Below, one piece after another: positions 1 through 11,978 of a DNA stretch of 64,000 nucleotides (positions are counted from its first letter, which is position 1; every line of letters begins with the position of its first letter). Under the pieces are notes generated by a model. It had not been told where the DNA came from. It ran no database searches and saw only the letters and a list, made by a program, of their open reading frames with translations. The DNA is from Podarcis liolepis (taxonomy: Eukaryota). Location of the stretch: assembly GCA_965112155.1 (NCBI GenBank), contig OZ218105.1; one strand, 5' to 3'. A program made the translations under genes and the position numbers.

Positions 1-440
1 GTTATACCTAATTGCAAATTCGAATGTATCCCTATCGTGGTTTAGGACTTCCTTGATATTGTATGTGGGCTGGAACTGGTCTGTGACCGAAATAATAAAA
101 ATTCTTCCTCCTCCGCGAACTGCTCTGATCCTGGTTTAAAGCCACCCGAGTTGGTCTCCGCTGCCTCCGGAGGGAGCGAGTTCCGCAGTTCCGACCCAGC
201 GCTGCCTGAAAAAGTCCTTTCTTTTCTCTGTCCAGAATCATTTCTTGTCTTTCTTTTATAAATTTATTGTTGTTGTTAACATGGTTATTAAAAAGGCGCT
301 GCTTTTCTGCACAGCAAGGGCGGGAACCCACCGAGTTGTTAATATTATTTTAATTAAATGTGTATATACATTTTCATTTTTCTAAGTACAGTAGTATTAC
401 CTTTGAGTTACGCAGCAACCTTTACCTCAGTGGCTCACGT

Positions 441-770
441 TCTTTTTTTTTTAAAAAAATGATATTTATTAAAAGTTTAAAAATTACAGAAAAAAGAAGA
501 AGGAAAAAACACACCAAAAAAACCAATAACAAAACATATAAAACATATAAAAACCATACAATACAGCAAAAAAGAAACTAAAACACACATCCAGTATTCC
601 ATATCTTTACCTTTCCTTTACTTGTTTCATCGACCTCCTCACACCTCCCTTTTTTTTGTATTCTAGTTCAATTCACTATTTCAGTAAGTTCTTCCCATCT
701 GTCTCAATTTTTATTCTATAATTTATCTTAACGGTCTAACCTTGGTTTTTTTCAGTTTAACCCATTAAAT
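441..770 (-). mobile_element. Probable L1/Tx1-type LINE 3' UTR fragment with poly(A) tail, just upstream of the SRA1 CpG island
   Basis: T-run at the left end on +, AT-rich simple tracts, and a CGACCTCCTCACACCTCCC motif resembling the better-supported element at 1346-1697. Confidence 0.5.
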
Positions 771-1028
771 TGTTCTGAGCAAGCCCCCCTGGCTGGCCCT
801 CGGCCGCAGGAGAAGGGCGCGGGGCGGGCGAGGCCGGCCAACCCCACGCCCTCGCGGCCGGGCTCCTTGGGCCAGAGTCCACCCGCGAAGCGCCGCCCGG
901 GCCCGGACCGAGGCCCGCCGCCGTTGCCGCCGCCTCCTCCTCGGCGCATGCGGGCCTGGCGCCCTTCGCCCTTCCCCTCCGGATCCGGCCCGCCACGTCA
1001 CGCGCCGGGAAGCGGCTGAGGGGAGGCC

Positions 1029-1053
1029 ATGGCGGAGCTCTACGTGAAGCCGG
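1029..1053 (+). CDS. SRA1: SRA1 (SRAP) coding exon 1: MAELYVKP-G
   Basis: GCCATGG Kozak context; MAELYVKPG matches the SRAP N-terminus; donor G|GTGAGG, phase 1. Confidence 0.95.
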
Positions 1054-1133
1054 GTGAGGGGGCGCCGGAGGGGCGGGCGGGCGAGAGGGCTGCCGGCGGA
1101 GGGCTGGCCTTGACGTCTCGCTTTCCTTTCCAG

Positions 1134-1319
1134 GGAACCGCGAGCGCGGCTGGAACGACCCGCCTCAGTTCTCGTACGGCCTGCAGCAGCTTCAGGCTTC
1201 CGGGGCAGGAGGCGGCGGCGGCGGCGGCGGCAAGCGGGGGATCCTGACGCGACGCCCGGCAGCGGCTCCGGGAGCAGCACCGCCGCCGCCTCCTCCTCTT
1301 CCTCTTCCTCACGGGCCAG
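1134..1319 (+). CDS. SRA1: SRA1 exon 2: [18 protein letters not shown]...G8...[13 protein letters not shown]
   Basis: Acceptor TTTCCTTTCCAG, conserved [13 protein letters not shown] motif, donor CAG|GTGAGG; 186 nt, phase 1-1. Confidence 0.95.
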
Positions 1320-1345
1320 GTGAGGAGACGCCGAGATGCTTTCCT

Positions 1346-1697
1346 TCTTTCTTTCTTTTTTAAATAATTTTTTATTAAAATTTTCACAATTTTTTTATAA
1401 ACAGACACAAAAACACAAACAATAACAATAACAAGTATAATTTCATAACCTTATTTTCTTGTATCTAACTTCCCCGACTTCCCCATACCTCCCCTTTCTG
1501 CATTCTATTTTCAAACTTTTTTCAGCAAATCCTTACTCTTAGTTTTATCAAATTTATAACCTCCTCTTTTCTTTAATCTTAACATTTACAGCTGTAAACC
1601 CCTTAATTTATAAAGCCAGCGTCATTCTAACACTCATTAATTTTACAATATTTCTTAAGATAGTTCTTAAATTTTTTCCAATCTTCTTCCGTCGCCT
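1346..1697 (-). mobile_element. 5'-truncated L1/Tx1-like LINE (ORF2 C-terminus, 3' UTR and tail) with 11-bp TSD
   Basis: GATGCTTTCCT duplicated at 1335-1345 and 1698-1708. The minus strand begins ATEEDWKKFKNYLKKYCKINEC*, resembling L1 ORF2 ends, and finishes in an A-rich tail. Confidence 0.75.
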
Positions 1698-1904
1698 GAT
1701 GCTTTCCTCCTTTCTTTTCTCCCTCCCTTCTTATTGTTTTGTGAACAGGGAAAGTGTAGAAACAAAACAAAACTCGGGACTATAAAATCAGGGTTCCCAA
1801 CCAAATCCGCTTCGCGGGCGGATTAGCTCTCTCCATAGCAGCAGGCCATGTAACTCTTTTTGGATGCTATTTGTCAATCAAGGATGCTGTCATTATGATA
1901 TTTC

Positions 1905-2281
1905 ACAGAATCATAGAGTTGGAAGAGACCACAAGGGCCATCGAGTCCAACCCCCTGCCAAGCAGGAAACACCATCAGAGCACTCCTGACATATGGTTGT
2001 CAAGCCTCTGCTTAAAGACCTCCAAAGTAGGAGACTCCACCACACTCCTTGGCAGCAAATTCCACTGTCGAACAGCTCTTACTGTCAGGAAGTTCTTCCT
2101 AATGTTTAGGTGGAATCTTCTTTCTTGTAGTTTGGATCCATTGCTCCATGTCCGCTTCTCTGGAGCAGCAGAAAACAACCTTTCTCCCTCCTCTATGTGA
2201 CATCCTTTTATATATTTGAACATGGCTATCATATCACCCCTTAACCTTCTCTTCTCCTCTTAACCTCCTCTTCTCCACTTA
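1905..2281 (-). mobile_element. CR1 LINE 3' end (young, 5'-truncated)
   Basis: Minus ORF GDMIAMFKYIKG...RFHLNIRKNFLTVRAVRQWNLLPRSVVESPTLEVFKQRLD is the CR1 ORF2 C-terminus; ATTCT-type tail; possible TSD ATATTTC at 1898-1904 and 2282-2288. Confidence 0.93.
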
Positions 2282-3109
2282 ATATTTCCCATATTAAGTG
2301 ACCTTGCTATCTTTACCATAATCCTTCTCTCCGTCACAATACGTTCACTTATTCAGTCATTCACTTATTTATTTCATGGAATTTGTAAACAAGCCAGCCA
2401 ACAGCCCCTGCAAGCGGCTGTCTTAATGGGAGCCCTGGAGGAGCCTCTGGGACTGTCCATCTCTTCCTGTGCCGAGATGGGTCAAGTTCCCCACACCTGC
2501 CGGGAAGGCAGAGCCCACCACCTGAGGCTCTTCCTTCCTTCCTCTCTCCCTCCCGCTGCCTCCTGTAGCCAACTTCACTCCAAGCCCTAGGGCCTCCTGT
2601 AGAAGGGCTGCTCAGGAGTCTTGCTTGCATTATTAGTTAAAAAAAAATATGTACCCGTAAGAAACATGCAAAGAGCTGAAGCTATTACAAAGGGCAAAAT
2701 ACATAAAACAGAATGAAATACATTAAACAGTTAGCTTAATTATTAAAACCAGACATTAGGTGAGGATAAGAGCTTGCTCCCCTGAAGACCTCAACTTGTC
2801 ACCTCCACAAACGTCTCCCTAAAATTGCCACTCTAAAGGCAAAGCTGGCTGTTTTTTATTTGTATTCTAATAAAATGTTATTCAAATACCCAGCCAATCT
2901 CCCAACTGTGAGATTTAACTTGTTGAACAAAGCTGCTCTTAATCCTCATAGACTGGGCAACCAGTCTAGTGGGGTAAGTCTTCAGGCAGATTTCCTCCAT
3001 GTGGGCAAACTCTCTTCATAAGCGATCCAGCAATCGTGTCCTTCAAATATGGCAGAACACATAGGCTGGAACTGCAGAGCTGTAAAGGCTTTTCTCTGTT
3101 TGATATTTG

Positions 3110-3875
3110 TGATGCTGGTTATATAGGAGTCTAAATCGGTAGTTTGGCATACCAAGGGCAAATTTGGACAGACAAGCAGAAGTGCAATCAGCACAAAAAC
3201 CATGCTTTAAAATATGAGATTTCATGTGGCGAGATGTCCAAACTCAGACTGTCCAAAGGAAGGCCATGCTTATCAATAACTTGTAGCATTCCTAATTCCA
3301 AGATGGATTTGAAGATCATAACGTAAAACAGAAATAAAAGTCAGTTCCGGAGATTGACAGGCACACAGCAAGAATCACACAGGAATTTTTCTCACAGAAT
3401 ATCACAAGTGTGACTATGGGTTCCCACAATAAAGAGTGCTGCGAGAGTCCTGTGAAAACTTCTCAAACGAGTCCAGTCTGCCTTCACAGTTCGCCAATTG
3501 TACCCAGAACTCATTAAAGTCTTTTGTTAGAGTTCTCAGCTGGTCTTGTATATGGTTTAGGGTTTGAAGCCGGGCCAGGATATTTTGTAAAGTGTTTGCG
3601 TCTGCCTGTTAATGCTCAGTAGCCTTTGAGTCAGCTTTTTTTTTTTTTTTGCATCAGCCATATTTTTTTCAGCGTTTGTTTCTGCCGCTTTTTTTCTTTC
3701 AGCAGCTCTCTTGTTGGTCGACATGGTGATTTATCTTAAGTAGTAAAGAGATAGTAGAAAGTTCATTTACCATTTGACATTAATCTTTTGGCAGCACAGA
3801 GCTGCTTTCCAAGTATTTAGTCGGAGCGATCAGAAGGACGTCCCTCACAGCTCCATTCCCAGACTGGAGGCCCCA
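3110..3875 (-). mobile_element. Possible degraded L1 5' end / ORF1 fragment
   Basis: The minus strand has a short leader followed by MSTNKRAAERKKAAETNAEKNMADA..., a charged coiled-coil-like frame that is then interrupted. Family assignment is by resemblance only. Confidence 0.3.
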
Positions 3876-4194
3876 CCCCTTTCTTCTTGGAGAAAGTTGT
3901 GACCTGCTTAAGGATTACTGATGCAATTCCTGGACCCACCTCAGAATTGCACTCTTTCTGCTAGTGGTTTCCCATCAGATATATCTATTTAAAAATATTC
4001 TGTGAAACTCTCAACATGAAAGTGCTTCATCCAGCCCAATTTTTAAAGGGATCAATAGATATTCTTCAGAAAAACTGGTCATCCTCTGAGAGCTGTTTGG
4101 TCTTGATCAGGAGGTTGGGTTTTTGTGTGATGTGTGTTCTAAAGGAAGTGCGTGCAGAAATTCTGAGGGTGGGAACTACATAACTGAATCAAAT

Positions 4195-4480
4195 TTATTT
4201 ATTTACTTACACAAATACTGCTATTCTTAAAAAAAATCAAAGCTGTGTACAACAATTGTACATAAAAACATACAACAAAAAGTATACAAAGTTGAAATCA
4301 GCTAACTATTGTGGAAAGTTGTGTTCTTAATTCCCTGCATAAGCCTGATGGAATAGAGAAGTTTTCATCAGATGTTTAAAAGTTGAAACAGAAGGTGTCT
4401 GCTGAACCTCTGTTGACAGAGCGTTCCACAGTACTGGGCAAATGACATAAAAGTCTTGGTTTCTATCTAAGGGGTGTGGC
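4195..4480 (-). mobile_element. L2 LINE 3' fragment
   Basis: Minus frame ...PVLWNALSTEVQQTPSVSTFKHLMKTSLFHQAY resembles the L2 ORF2 C-terminus; (TAAA)n tail at ~4195-4205. Confidence 0.7.
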
Positions 4481-4562
4481 TTGGCTTTGCTTGCCTGATT
4501 CTGAGACCCAGAATTTTCTCTATGTACTATACACTGGTTGTATGCTTGATTGTGTCTTTTAG

Positions 4563-4771
4563 CACCTGGTCCAGAAAGTGCTACCTGCTCAGCAGCGTCG
4601 TCAGCTGTTCCACCGCCCCCGGTGGGCTTGCCTCCTCCTGGTTTGCCAGGCCGCTCTGTGAGGGCAGATGCCACAAACCAACCCGTCACTGAGACTGGAG
4701 AGGATTGCCATGTGGAAGATGTTCTTGCCCCCTTGAATGAGGCTCTGGCCAATTGCAGGAGATCTGTACGA
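4563..4771 (+). CDS. SRA1: SRA1 exon 3: APGPESAT...VEDVLAPLNEALANCRRSVR
   Basis: Acceptor TCTTTTAG and donor CGA|GTAAGT; EDVLxPLxxAL matches SRAP; 209 nt, phase 1-0. Confidence 0.93.
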
Positions 4772-5900
4772 GTAAGTAGAATTGCTGCCTTTTCAGGATT
4801 TCCCCATTTTACTTTGGAGGGAAGAAAGTTCTTTTGCCTCTGTATGAGCAGTTGTGGTCTGCTTCGTTGTACTGAAGTGATTAGTTGATCAGCTAGAGCA
4901 GAGGGTGTGGGGGCACATTTGGAAATCTAAGAAGGTGTAATGTGCACCATTTCACAGAAGAAAAAACTGGCAATGCTCTGAACCTCATGAAACAATAAAA
5001 ACACCTATATACACCTCAAAACAAAGCACTTTTTAAAAAAAAAAGCGCTGGCCTCCTTCCCCCACAACTCATGCCTCAAGCATACTCAACAACTAGGTAG
5101 CAAAACCCCCAGACAAAACATCTTCTAATAAACCAGCGGCACAACACTCCCAGTAACTACAGAAAGAAGAAAAAGAAGAGAGAGAAAGATAGCAAGCAAC
5201 CCCCCACAAAAAAACCCGTAAGACATAGCAAACAAAAACGCAGGCAAAATGATCCCCAGATAACGGAGACATTCTGGGGAAAGGGAAGTAAGAGGATGAG
5301 ATGGCAAGATGCTTGCAGTTTTCCAGCCACCTGTATGTGCGTGTAAGCCAAATACCTAAAAAACTGAGGTGCTGATCATTAGAAATATATGGAGTGAGGC
5401 TTCTATCTCTTGCATTACTGTGGATCACATCTAAGTGTAGCATCTAACATGAAATGGTTTTGACTTTCTGTAGCTGGAATTCCAACAGGTCTAGATATTA
5501 TTTAAAATTGGAGCTCTGTTGTTGTGGACTTCTTGCAATGAGGACTTGATTAATGTGTCAGGCAGTGTTGAAAAGATGGTATCCACAGTGAGCTAGAGAC
5601 TCTGCCAGACTCTGAAAATAGATGGTTTAACTAGGACACCATATTGAACTATGGTTTGGCACAATGTCTGCAGTGACAAATCTTAGGTATAGCTATTGCT
5701 TTAGCAGAGATTAGAGTGAAATTATAAAACTGGTAGGATGAAAATAAAGGCAGGCAAACAGCTTTGCTTTTTTGTGAGCTCAAAGCTAATGAGGGTTTTG
5801 CCATTCCCTTTTGTCTTAAGAGGACCAAGAAGACTGTGGTGAGTAGTTATAAACATAACCTTTGCGAGATGTGCTTCCTAATAAGAATTGCTTTTTTCAG

Positions 5901-6009
5901 AAACAGGTTTGTGATGACATCAGCAAGCGCTTAGGAATCCTGCAGCAGATGTGGGTACAAGGGAAACTCTCTGCCCCAGTGAGAAAAGGAATGAAGATTC
6001 TGACACAAG
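5901..6009 (+). CDS. SRA1: SRA1 exon 4: KQVCDDISKRLGILQQMWVQGKLSAPVRKGMKILTQ
   Basis: Acceptor TTTTTTCAG, donor AAG|GTAAGC; KQVCDDISxRL motif; 109 nt, phase 0-1. Confidence 0.96.
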
Positions 6010-6283
6010 GTAAGCAGCAAGGACAAGGTTCAATGCTCTGCGGCAACATTCCTCATTGTAAACTCTTATCTTACAGCCTCTGGCCACCTTAAATAATTCC
6101 TATAGCAGAACTACTGCTGCAGTAGGATTAGCATGCAGTCCATGTGTGTGGCCTGTGGAGCCACAAACATCTGCATTCCTTAATTCTTTAGTGACTTAGG
6201 AGCTAGGGTCAAGGGACGCAGTTGAATTGGGCTACTTTTTCATTACCTTTTGCAGTTCTGAGATGCTTTCTTTTTACTTTCAG

Positions 6284-6480
6284 AGCTCAAGAAGCGGCAC
6301 TGGGATGCAGCTGATGAGATCCATCGCTCACTAATTGTGGACCATGTCACTGAAGTGAGCCAGTGGATGGTAGGAGTGAAAAGGCTCATTGCAGAAACAA
6401 GAAACTTGCATACAGAAGATCTGGCAACGGAAGATTACGAGCAAAAAGTTGAAACCTCTTTGGAACCAGAATGCCAGTAA
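6284..6480 (+). CDS. SRA1: SRA1 exon 5 to stop: [38 protein letters not shown]...ECQ*
   Basis: Acceptor TTACTTTCAG; conserved [30 protein letters not shown]; TAA at 6478-6480. Spliced CDS is 726 nt (241 aa). Confidence 0.96.
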
Positions 6481-7167
6481 GATTTGGCCAAGTCCAAGGA
6501 GTTGGCAGTATAAGACTGGGCCCGCAGGGGACTGATTTCCTAAGCAGCAGAGGAAGGTGTTTTATCTCCTGAGCATTGGTGACCTACTCAAGTTAATTTT
6601 TGCCAATCTGACCAAAGCTCAAAGCTTCAGGAGAATCTCTCAAGTAAGCTGGAGAATTCTGTGCAGCTATTTGAAATTGGTGACTGTGGTTAAAAATAGC
6701 CAGCCCTTTCTGGACTTGGTACAAAATGGAAGGAAGTGACTTGGTGATGCAATTGTAATGCAAGTGTACAATGAAAATTCCAGACTGATACATGTGGTAC
6801 TGAAACTAAGAGCTTGCACTTACAGCTACTGCTGCTCTGGAGTTCATTTCAGTTTGGATAAGGTTCCTGGTCTTCATCTACAGGCAACGACCGATTTACG
6901 TGTGACTGCACGCATGCGCATTGCGGCAACCCAGAAGTGGCTGGAAAAGGGGGTGGAATGGGGAGGCGTGGGCTTGTGCATGCTCCTCCACTGGACACAA
7001 TGACCTGAAACGCACCCCCACACACACACATAGATTGGGTTGCATGTACCTTGTATTTTTCATTCAGATCTTTCTAGGAAAATGTATGCTGTACAAAAGT
7101 GAGGTCTCATGTTTCCCAGCAATTGCATATCTGTCCTCAGCAATTCAACCAAAATGAGGGGATAGAT

Positions 7168-7415
7168 CATGGGTAGGCAAACTAAGGTCTGGGGGCCGGA
7201 TCTGGCCCAATTGCCTTCTAAATCGGGCCCACAGACGGTCCGGGAATCAGCATGTTTTTACATGAGTAGAATGTGTCTTTTTATTTAAAATGCATCTCTG
7301 GGTTATTTGTGGGGCACAGGAATTTGTCCCCCCACCAAGAAAATATAGTCTGGCCCCCCACAAGGACTGAGGGACAGCGGACCGGCCCCCTGCTGAAAAA
7401 GTTTGCTGACCCCTG
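7168..7415. mobile_element. Non-autonomous hAT (Charlie-like) MITE in the putative SRA1 3' UTR
   Basis: TIRs CATGGGTAGGCAAACT / AGTTTGCTGACCCCTG; perfect 8-bp TSD GGATAGAT at 7160-7167 and 7416-7423. Confidence 0.9.
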
Positions 7416-8719
7416 GGATAGATGCTATTTCTATTTTATTTTAAAGGAACCATTTTTTACTGCAATGTCTTCATTGTAGAGAGGATATTGTGCTGCTGTA
7501 ATTTTTTTTACTGTAACCCCTCTACTGGCTTCCATTCAACCAGTTCCCACTGTGACGTTCTTTCCACATGCTCTTGGGGCAGCGTGGAGAATATGATGAC
7601 AACAGTTGCTGTGCATCCTGCTTCTTTCAGTCTTAAACAATGCAGTTTAATTCTGGAAGTAATTTTTCCATTGTGGCAACTATTGAAGGTTACTATCGTA
7701 ATTCAATAGTAACATTCCATTAACCTTTGGGTGGGGAGTTACTGTTATTCAGCAATGATCCTTCTGATCGGCTGACAGCATCTATAAGTTTTTGTGGTTG
7801 TTGTTTTTTAATTGGAATACTGTGTACACAGTTTCAAGGTAACATTACACTTTATTTCCCCTTTATCTCACATGGGGCTCAAACCCAGAACCCTGATATT
7901 AAGCATCTCACGCTCTACCGACTGAGCTACGACAGCTCAGTGACAGCATCTATAAGTTAAGGCTTATGTTGTTACCTTAATTTTGCTAATTCTTAGAAAC
8001 AAGTCTTGTATCTTAACTTGTATAATACACATATTAGATGAGTTCCCAGCCTCCAGCTGTTGGCTGCAAATGGGCCTCTTAAATGTCTTGCTGTACACAA
8101 GCATAACAGCAGCTAGAATCCAACGACACCTCAGAAGCAAGGTGTCATCCTCCATCTAGGCTGTACTGGACATTGCCAACAGTCTACATGTTGGCATGAT
8201 TCACACATTATGTTAAACCAAACCATGGCTTAGTATGAGCACATGGGCTCTAGGAGAAGAGACAGCAGCCACTTTTCTCTTCTGCCATGCTGAGCTAAAC
8301 CATAGTTTGGCTTAGTGTGTTGTCTGAACCCAGACTCCTTGTTTAGCTCCAGACTAACCCATGGAGTTGTGACCAAGGGTTGCCCTATGATTTTGCTCCT
8401 CTTCTCTCAAGTGTTCCAAGAACCACTTCCCAACACTGCAACACCAACACTGAAAAACAATAGCAATTGTATTCAGTGATTTACTTCCCAATGTTTTAGA
8501 TTCAGCTCCCCTGCCTTGGTTTCTTACCTACTAGAGGCAATTTGCTCTACACATATAGTGTCCAAAGGAGTCAAATGGCAAGTCAGTGTAGGGCAAACAT
8601 GGAGCACTGGACTAGCCATGAAGCTCCCTGCTGACCTTGGGCTCCTTCACTAGCTCTAATCTGCCTCAGGGCTGGGAGGAGAAAGCTGGGGAGCTTGGTC
8701 AAAATGGTGCATAAAAAAT

Positions 8720-8786
8720 AATAAACTGCTAGAATCCTAGTGTAGTTTGTTTTAAATATAAGGACATATACTTTATGTCGAATAAA
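8720..8786 (+). terminator. SRA1: Candidate SRA1 polyadenylation signals (two AATAAA)
   Basis: First AATAAA hexamers I found after the stop, at 8720 and 8781. The first is followed by a GT/T-rich tract. Confidence 0.45.
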
Positions 8787-11415
8787 AATGCGACCATACC
8801 CATATATTAAAAGACCCTACGGGAAAGGTGGGTGGCCACAGAAGGGATTTTTTCTTCAGTGGGTCTCAAACTTTAGACCACCACCTGTAGTTTCTCAATG
8901 TACTCTATACTAACAGTCAGGAGTTCTCCAGGGTTCAAACAGATTCTCAGCCTTATGTAGAAGTGCTGGAGGCAAAACATGGACCTTCTGCATGCAGGAC
9001 GCATGTTCTACTATTGAGCTATGGTCCTTCCCAAAGATAAGTTTTAGGTACCACTTAAAAATGCTTTAGCTTTTGACAGCATTAGATTTGATTGGCTTTG
9101 GTTTGTGTACTGGTATTTAGTTTTAATCTATTAGCAATTTTAATGGTTTTAAAACCATCTTTGGGTACTAGTCAAATAGATTTTACTCAGAGTAGGCCCA
9201 CTAAAATTAGTGTGACTGCTAGGTCTACTCAAGAAAGGCCAACAACATATGATGCTGCAGTAAAAAAGGTACTTTGAGCAAATGATTTTTACCCACAATA
9301 CCAATGCCACGGCATGTTTCCCAAATTCATACATTATAGGCTATTGGCTGGGCTAGACTCAGGTGTTCCAAGGGTGCTGGGAAAAGTTAGCACAATAGAC
9401 ACCTCAGATTAGGGAAACATTTGGTTTTCAGTCTCCATTCCCTTGATCTCAGCCCACACCCAAGAGGCCCTGTTAAAAATGGCCTTGTGATGGTACTGCA
9501 CACCTGCAGCTCTATCTTACAACAGCATCAATCTCTCTGTGATGCTGGAGATACAAGAAAGTAAAAGGCAAACATATGCTCATCTGGCAGGAGTGTTGGG
9601 CAGCAGAATTTTGGGAAGTTGTGTTTGCAGAAATCTGATCACAAAACAAATCTCATAGCCAATCCCCACCTTGGCTCTTTGGGGATGGCCCCCAGACCAA
9701 TGGAAATATACTTACAAATAAGATACTTACAACTGCAAGGATGCTAGTATCAAGATATTGAAACTATCTAGGTGTAAGCAAAGAAAAATATATGACCAAG
9801 TATGGCCATATCAGAGAAACTGAATTATCAGCTTGGATTAAGCAGAGACTTAAATAACCCCCCCCCGCCCCGTTTGGAAGATTTTTTTCTTCATGCAACA
9901 GCCACATGATCCTAGTACAATACACCAACGTCTAGGACTTGTTACCAGCACCACACAATATATTAAAAGTTTTTCTTCAGAAGATCTCTAAATACCGAGA
10001 TACAGAGATATAGTTGTGAACTCTGATTGATACTCTGATGCTGTAGAATCCTTCTGACTTCAATCATTTATGGATATGATTTGTAATTTGTGAATTGTCC
10101 TAATGTATTCAAAGGATATTAGCTGTATTTTTCTTTTCTGTATTCCATCTTCTTTCATGAATAAAAAAATATTCTCCCCACCCAAGAGATACTTGGTAAC
10201 ATCCAAAATTAGTCATACTTCTGGCTAATGTTGGATATATGTGGTAGCTTTGATTATAAGGAAGGAGGACTAAAATACAACTGTCAGTACTGTAATGTCC
10301 TAATATGTAGTTGCAGTGCAGACACACTTGGAATACTTTGCACAATTCTGACAAGCCCATCACATAGTATCGTGGGGTAATAAAAATGAATGGGGACCTG
10401 GAGTACCTTTCCTACTAAGAAAGGCTATGTTTGTAGCATAGGATAGTGTTTTATAAAATTATGTATGGTGTAGAGATTTATCCATTAGCAGTGGAATGTT
10501 GGTTATAAAAGACTGAGGTGAAAGCCCTTGATTAAGGTCACTTTGCAATTTGTACCAAACAATTTTTTCACTGTTAGCTTTAAGGATTGTTTTTTTTTCT
10601 TGATACCATAAAGATTCACTAACAGCATTGTAGTGGAATTCCCTCCACCACCCCCAGGTGGTGCTAGACAAGCTGCTCGACAAACACAACTTGGACAGAC
10701 TATCAGAATGATGCAACCAAACAGACACTAACAAATGCACATGGTACAGCCCTGAAAATGAGAAGTGTGTGTCAAAATCTTGCTCCTAAGGCTGGTTATA
10801 AACATCCATGTCCTCCATTTAAATCACTCTTTAACAAAACTCACAAAGGGAGGAAATGTGCTGCTCTTGCTGCCACCAGAGGCTAGTCTTTGTCCTAATA
10901 ACACATTCCAGCTGAGTTTGTACAGGCTACATTCCTAGTCATGTGTATCAGAAATGAAGGAAGCCAGACTTGCTTCCAACCCAGGAATTTGGGTGCAGTG
11001 GAGATTTAAAAAACCCTAAACCACTATTTTATGTGTTTTGCACTTGTAAAGGACAGGTAAACATCTCTTCCTCAAAATTTACATCTGTGGAATGTAACGT
11101 TCAAAACCCTGCAAATTAGTAAGACTCTTTCTTCACCTGGGAATTTTGTGTGTTCAGGCAGGCTAGAACAATGTGCAAAAAGGTACTGATTTATCTTGGA
11201 ACTTTGATGTCATAAGGTGACCAGATTTGGCAGTTGAGATCACACTTCTATAAATGGGAATCTACTCTCAATTCACTTTACATATTGCAGTATTTGGATT
11301 AACAAAAAACCCATTGAACCATGTCTACCTGTCCATCAGCTGACTGCTTAGCGTGTGTATTTCCTGTGGGTTAACTCTGGCAGGTGGTTGGCTCTGCCCA
11401 TCTGTTAAAGTTAGC

Positions 11416-11476
11416 CATGGGGTAGGGAAGTTACATATATATGGCCTGCCAGGCCAAAAAAGGTTCCCTACCGATG
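11416..11476. mobile_element. Tiny internally deleted hAT-like MITE
   Basis: Imperfect TIRs CATGGGGTAGGGAA / TTCCCTACCGATG only ~60 bp apart. Confidence 0.5.
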
Positions 11477-11484
11477 CTCTAGGG

Positions 11485-11691
11485 CAGGGGTCAGCAACCC
11501 GCGGCTCCGGAGCCGCATGTGGCTCTTTTACACCTTTGCCGCGGCTCCGGGACGGATACTAGCGAGGGGAGGAGGCGCATTGTGTGCCCCGACACTCCCC
11601 ACTGTTTTAAATGTCGCAATGGTTTTGCAGCTCCGTTTTTTTTTCCCTTCGGTCCAAGTGGCTCTTTTTGTCTTAAAGGTTGCAGACCCTG
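11485..11691. mobile_element. Non-autonomous hAT MITE
   Basis: TIRs CAGGGGTCAGCAACC / GGTTGCAGACCCTG; perfect 8-bp TSD CTCTAGGG at 11477-11484 and 11692-11699. Confidence 0.9.
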
Positions 11692-11978
11692 CTCTAGGGG
11701 GTAGGATCTGAACAGGAAGATCTTAGTTCAAAACCCCTTTCAAGTATTAAACTCACTGGGTGAGCTTGGCAATTGAACTGCTACATAGAATTAGATTCCC
11801 AATTCTTCTCTACATCCTGAGCATTTGGAGAACTTACTGATTGTATCTGCCCACAATAAATTTGATTATTATACACAGAGTCCTGCATCATACTCATCAT
11901 TGGTTACCAAAAGACTAAGTGCACCAGTGTATATCTGCAGCCTTGTACTCTTTAGGTGATGAGCTGTCTTTTCCCTTA

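Larger units (their letters stand above)
780..1334 (+). promoter_or_regulatory. SRA1: CpG island / promoter of SRA1
   Basis: Abrupt GC- and CpG-rich segment over exons 1-2. GC box GGGGCGGG ~820, NRF1-like GCGCATGCGG 944-953, and CACGTCA and GGAAG motifs at ~994-1012. Confidence 0.85.

Noticed and set aside
752-1408. Several minus-strand ORFs of 65-171 aa
   Set aside because: Expected stop-poor frames of a CpG island; low complexity and antisense to SRA1.
6895-6990. NRF1/E-box-like motifs in the SRA1 3' region
   Set aside because: Isolated motifs without a CpG island; likely part of a repeat remnant.
10624-10751. Minus-strand AGCACCACCTGGGGG...TCCACTACA resembling 4E-BP STTPGG..STT, behind a strong acceptor
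   Set aside because: It needs a frameshift, the intervening residues do not match, and no downstream YDRKFL or FEMDI exon supports it. Too weak to call a pseudogene.
11135-11216. TATGAC..AAGTTCC and ATTCCCAGG resembling 4E-BP exon 2
   Set aside because: Short gapped matches, in the wrong order relative to the other putative remnant.
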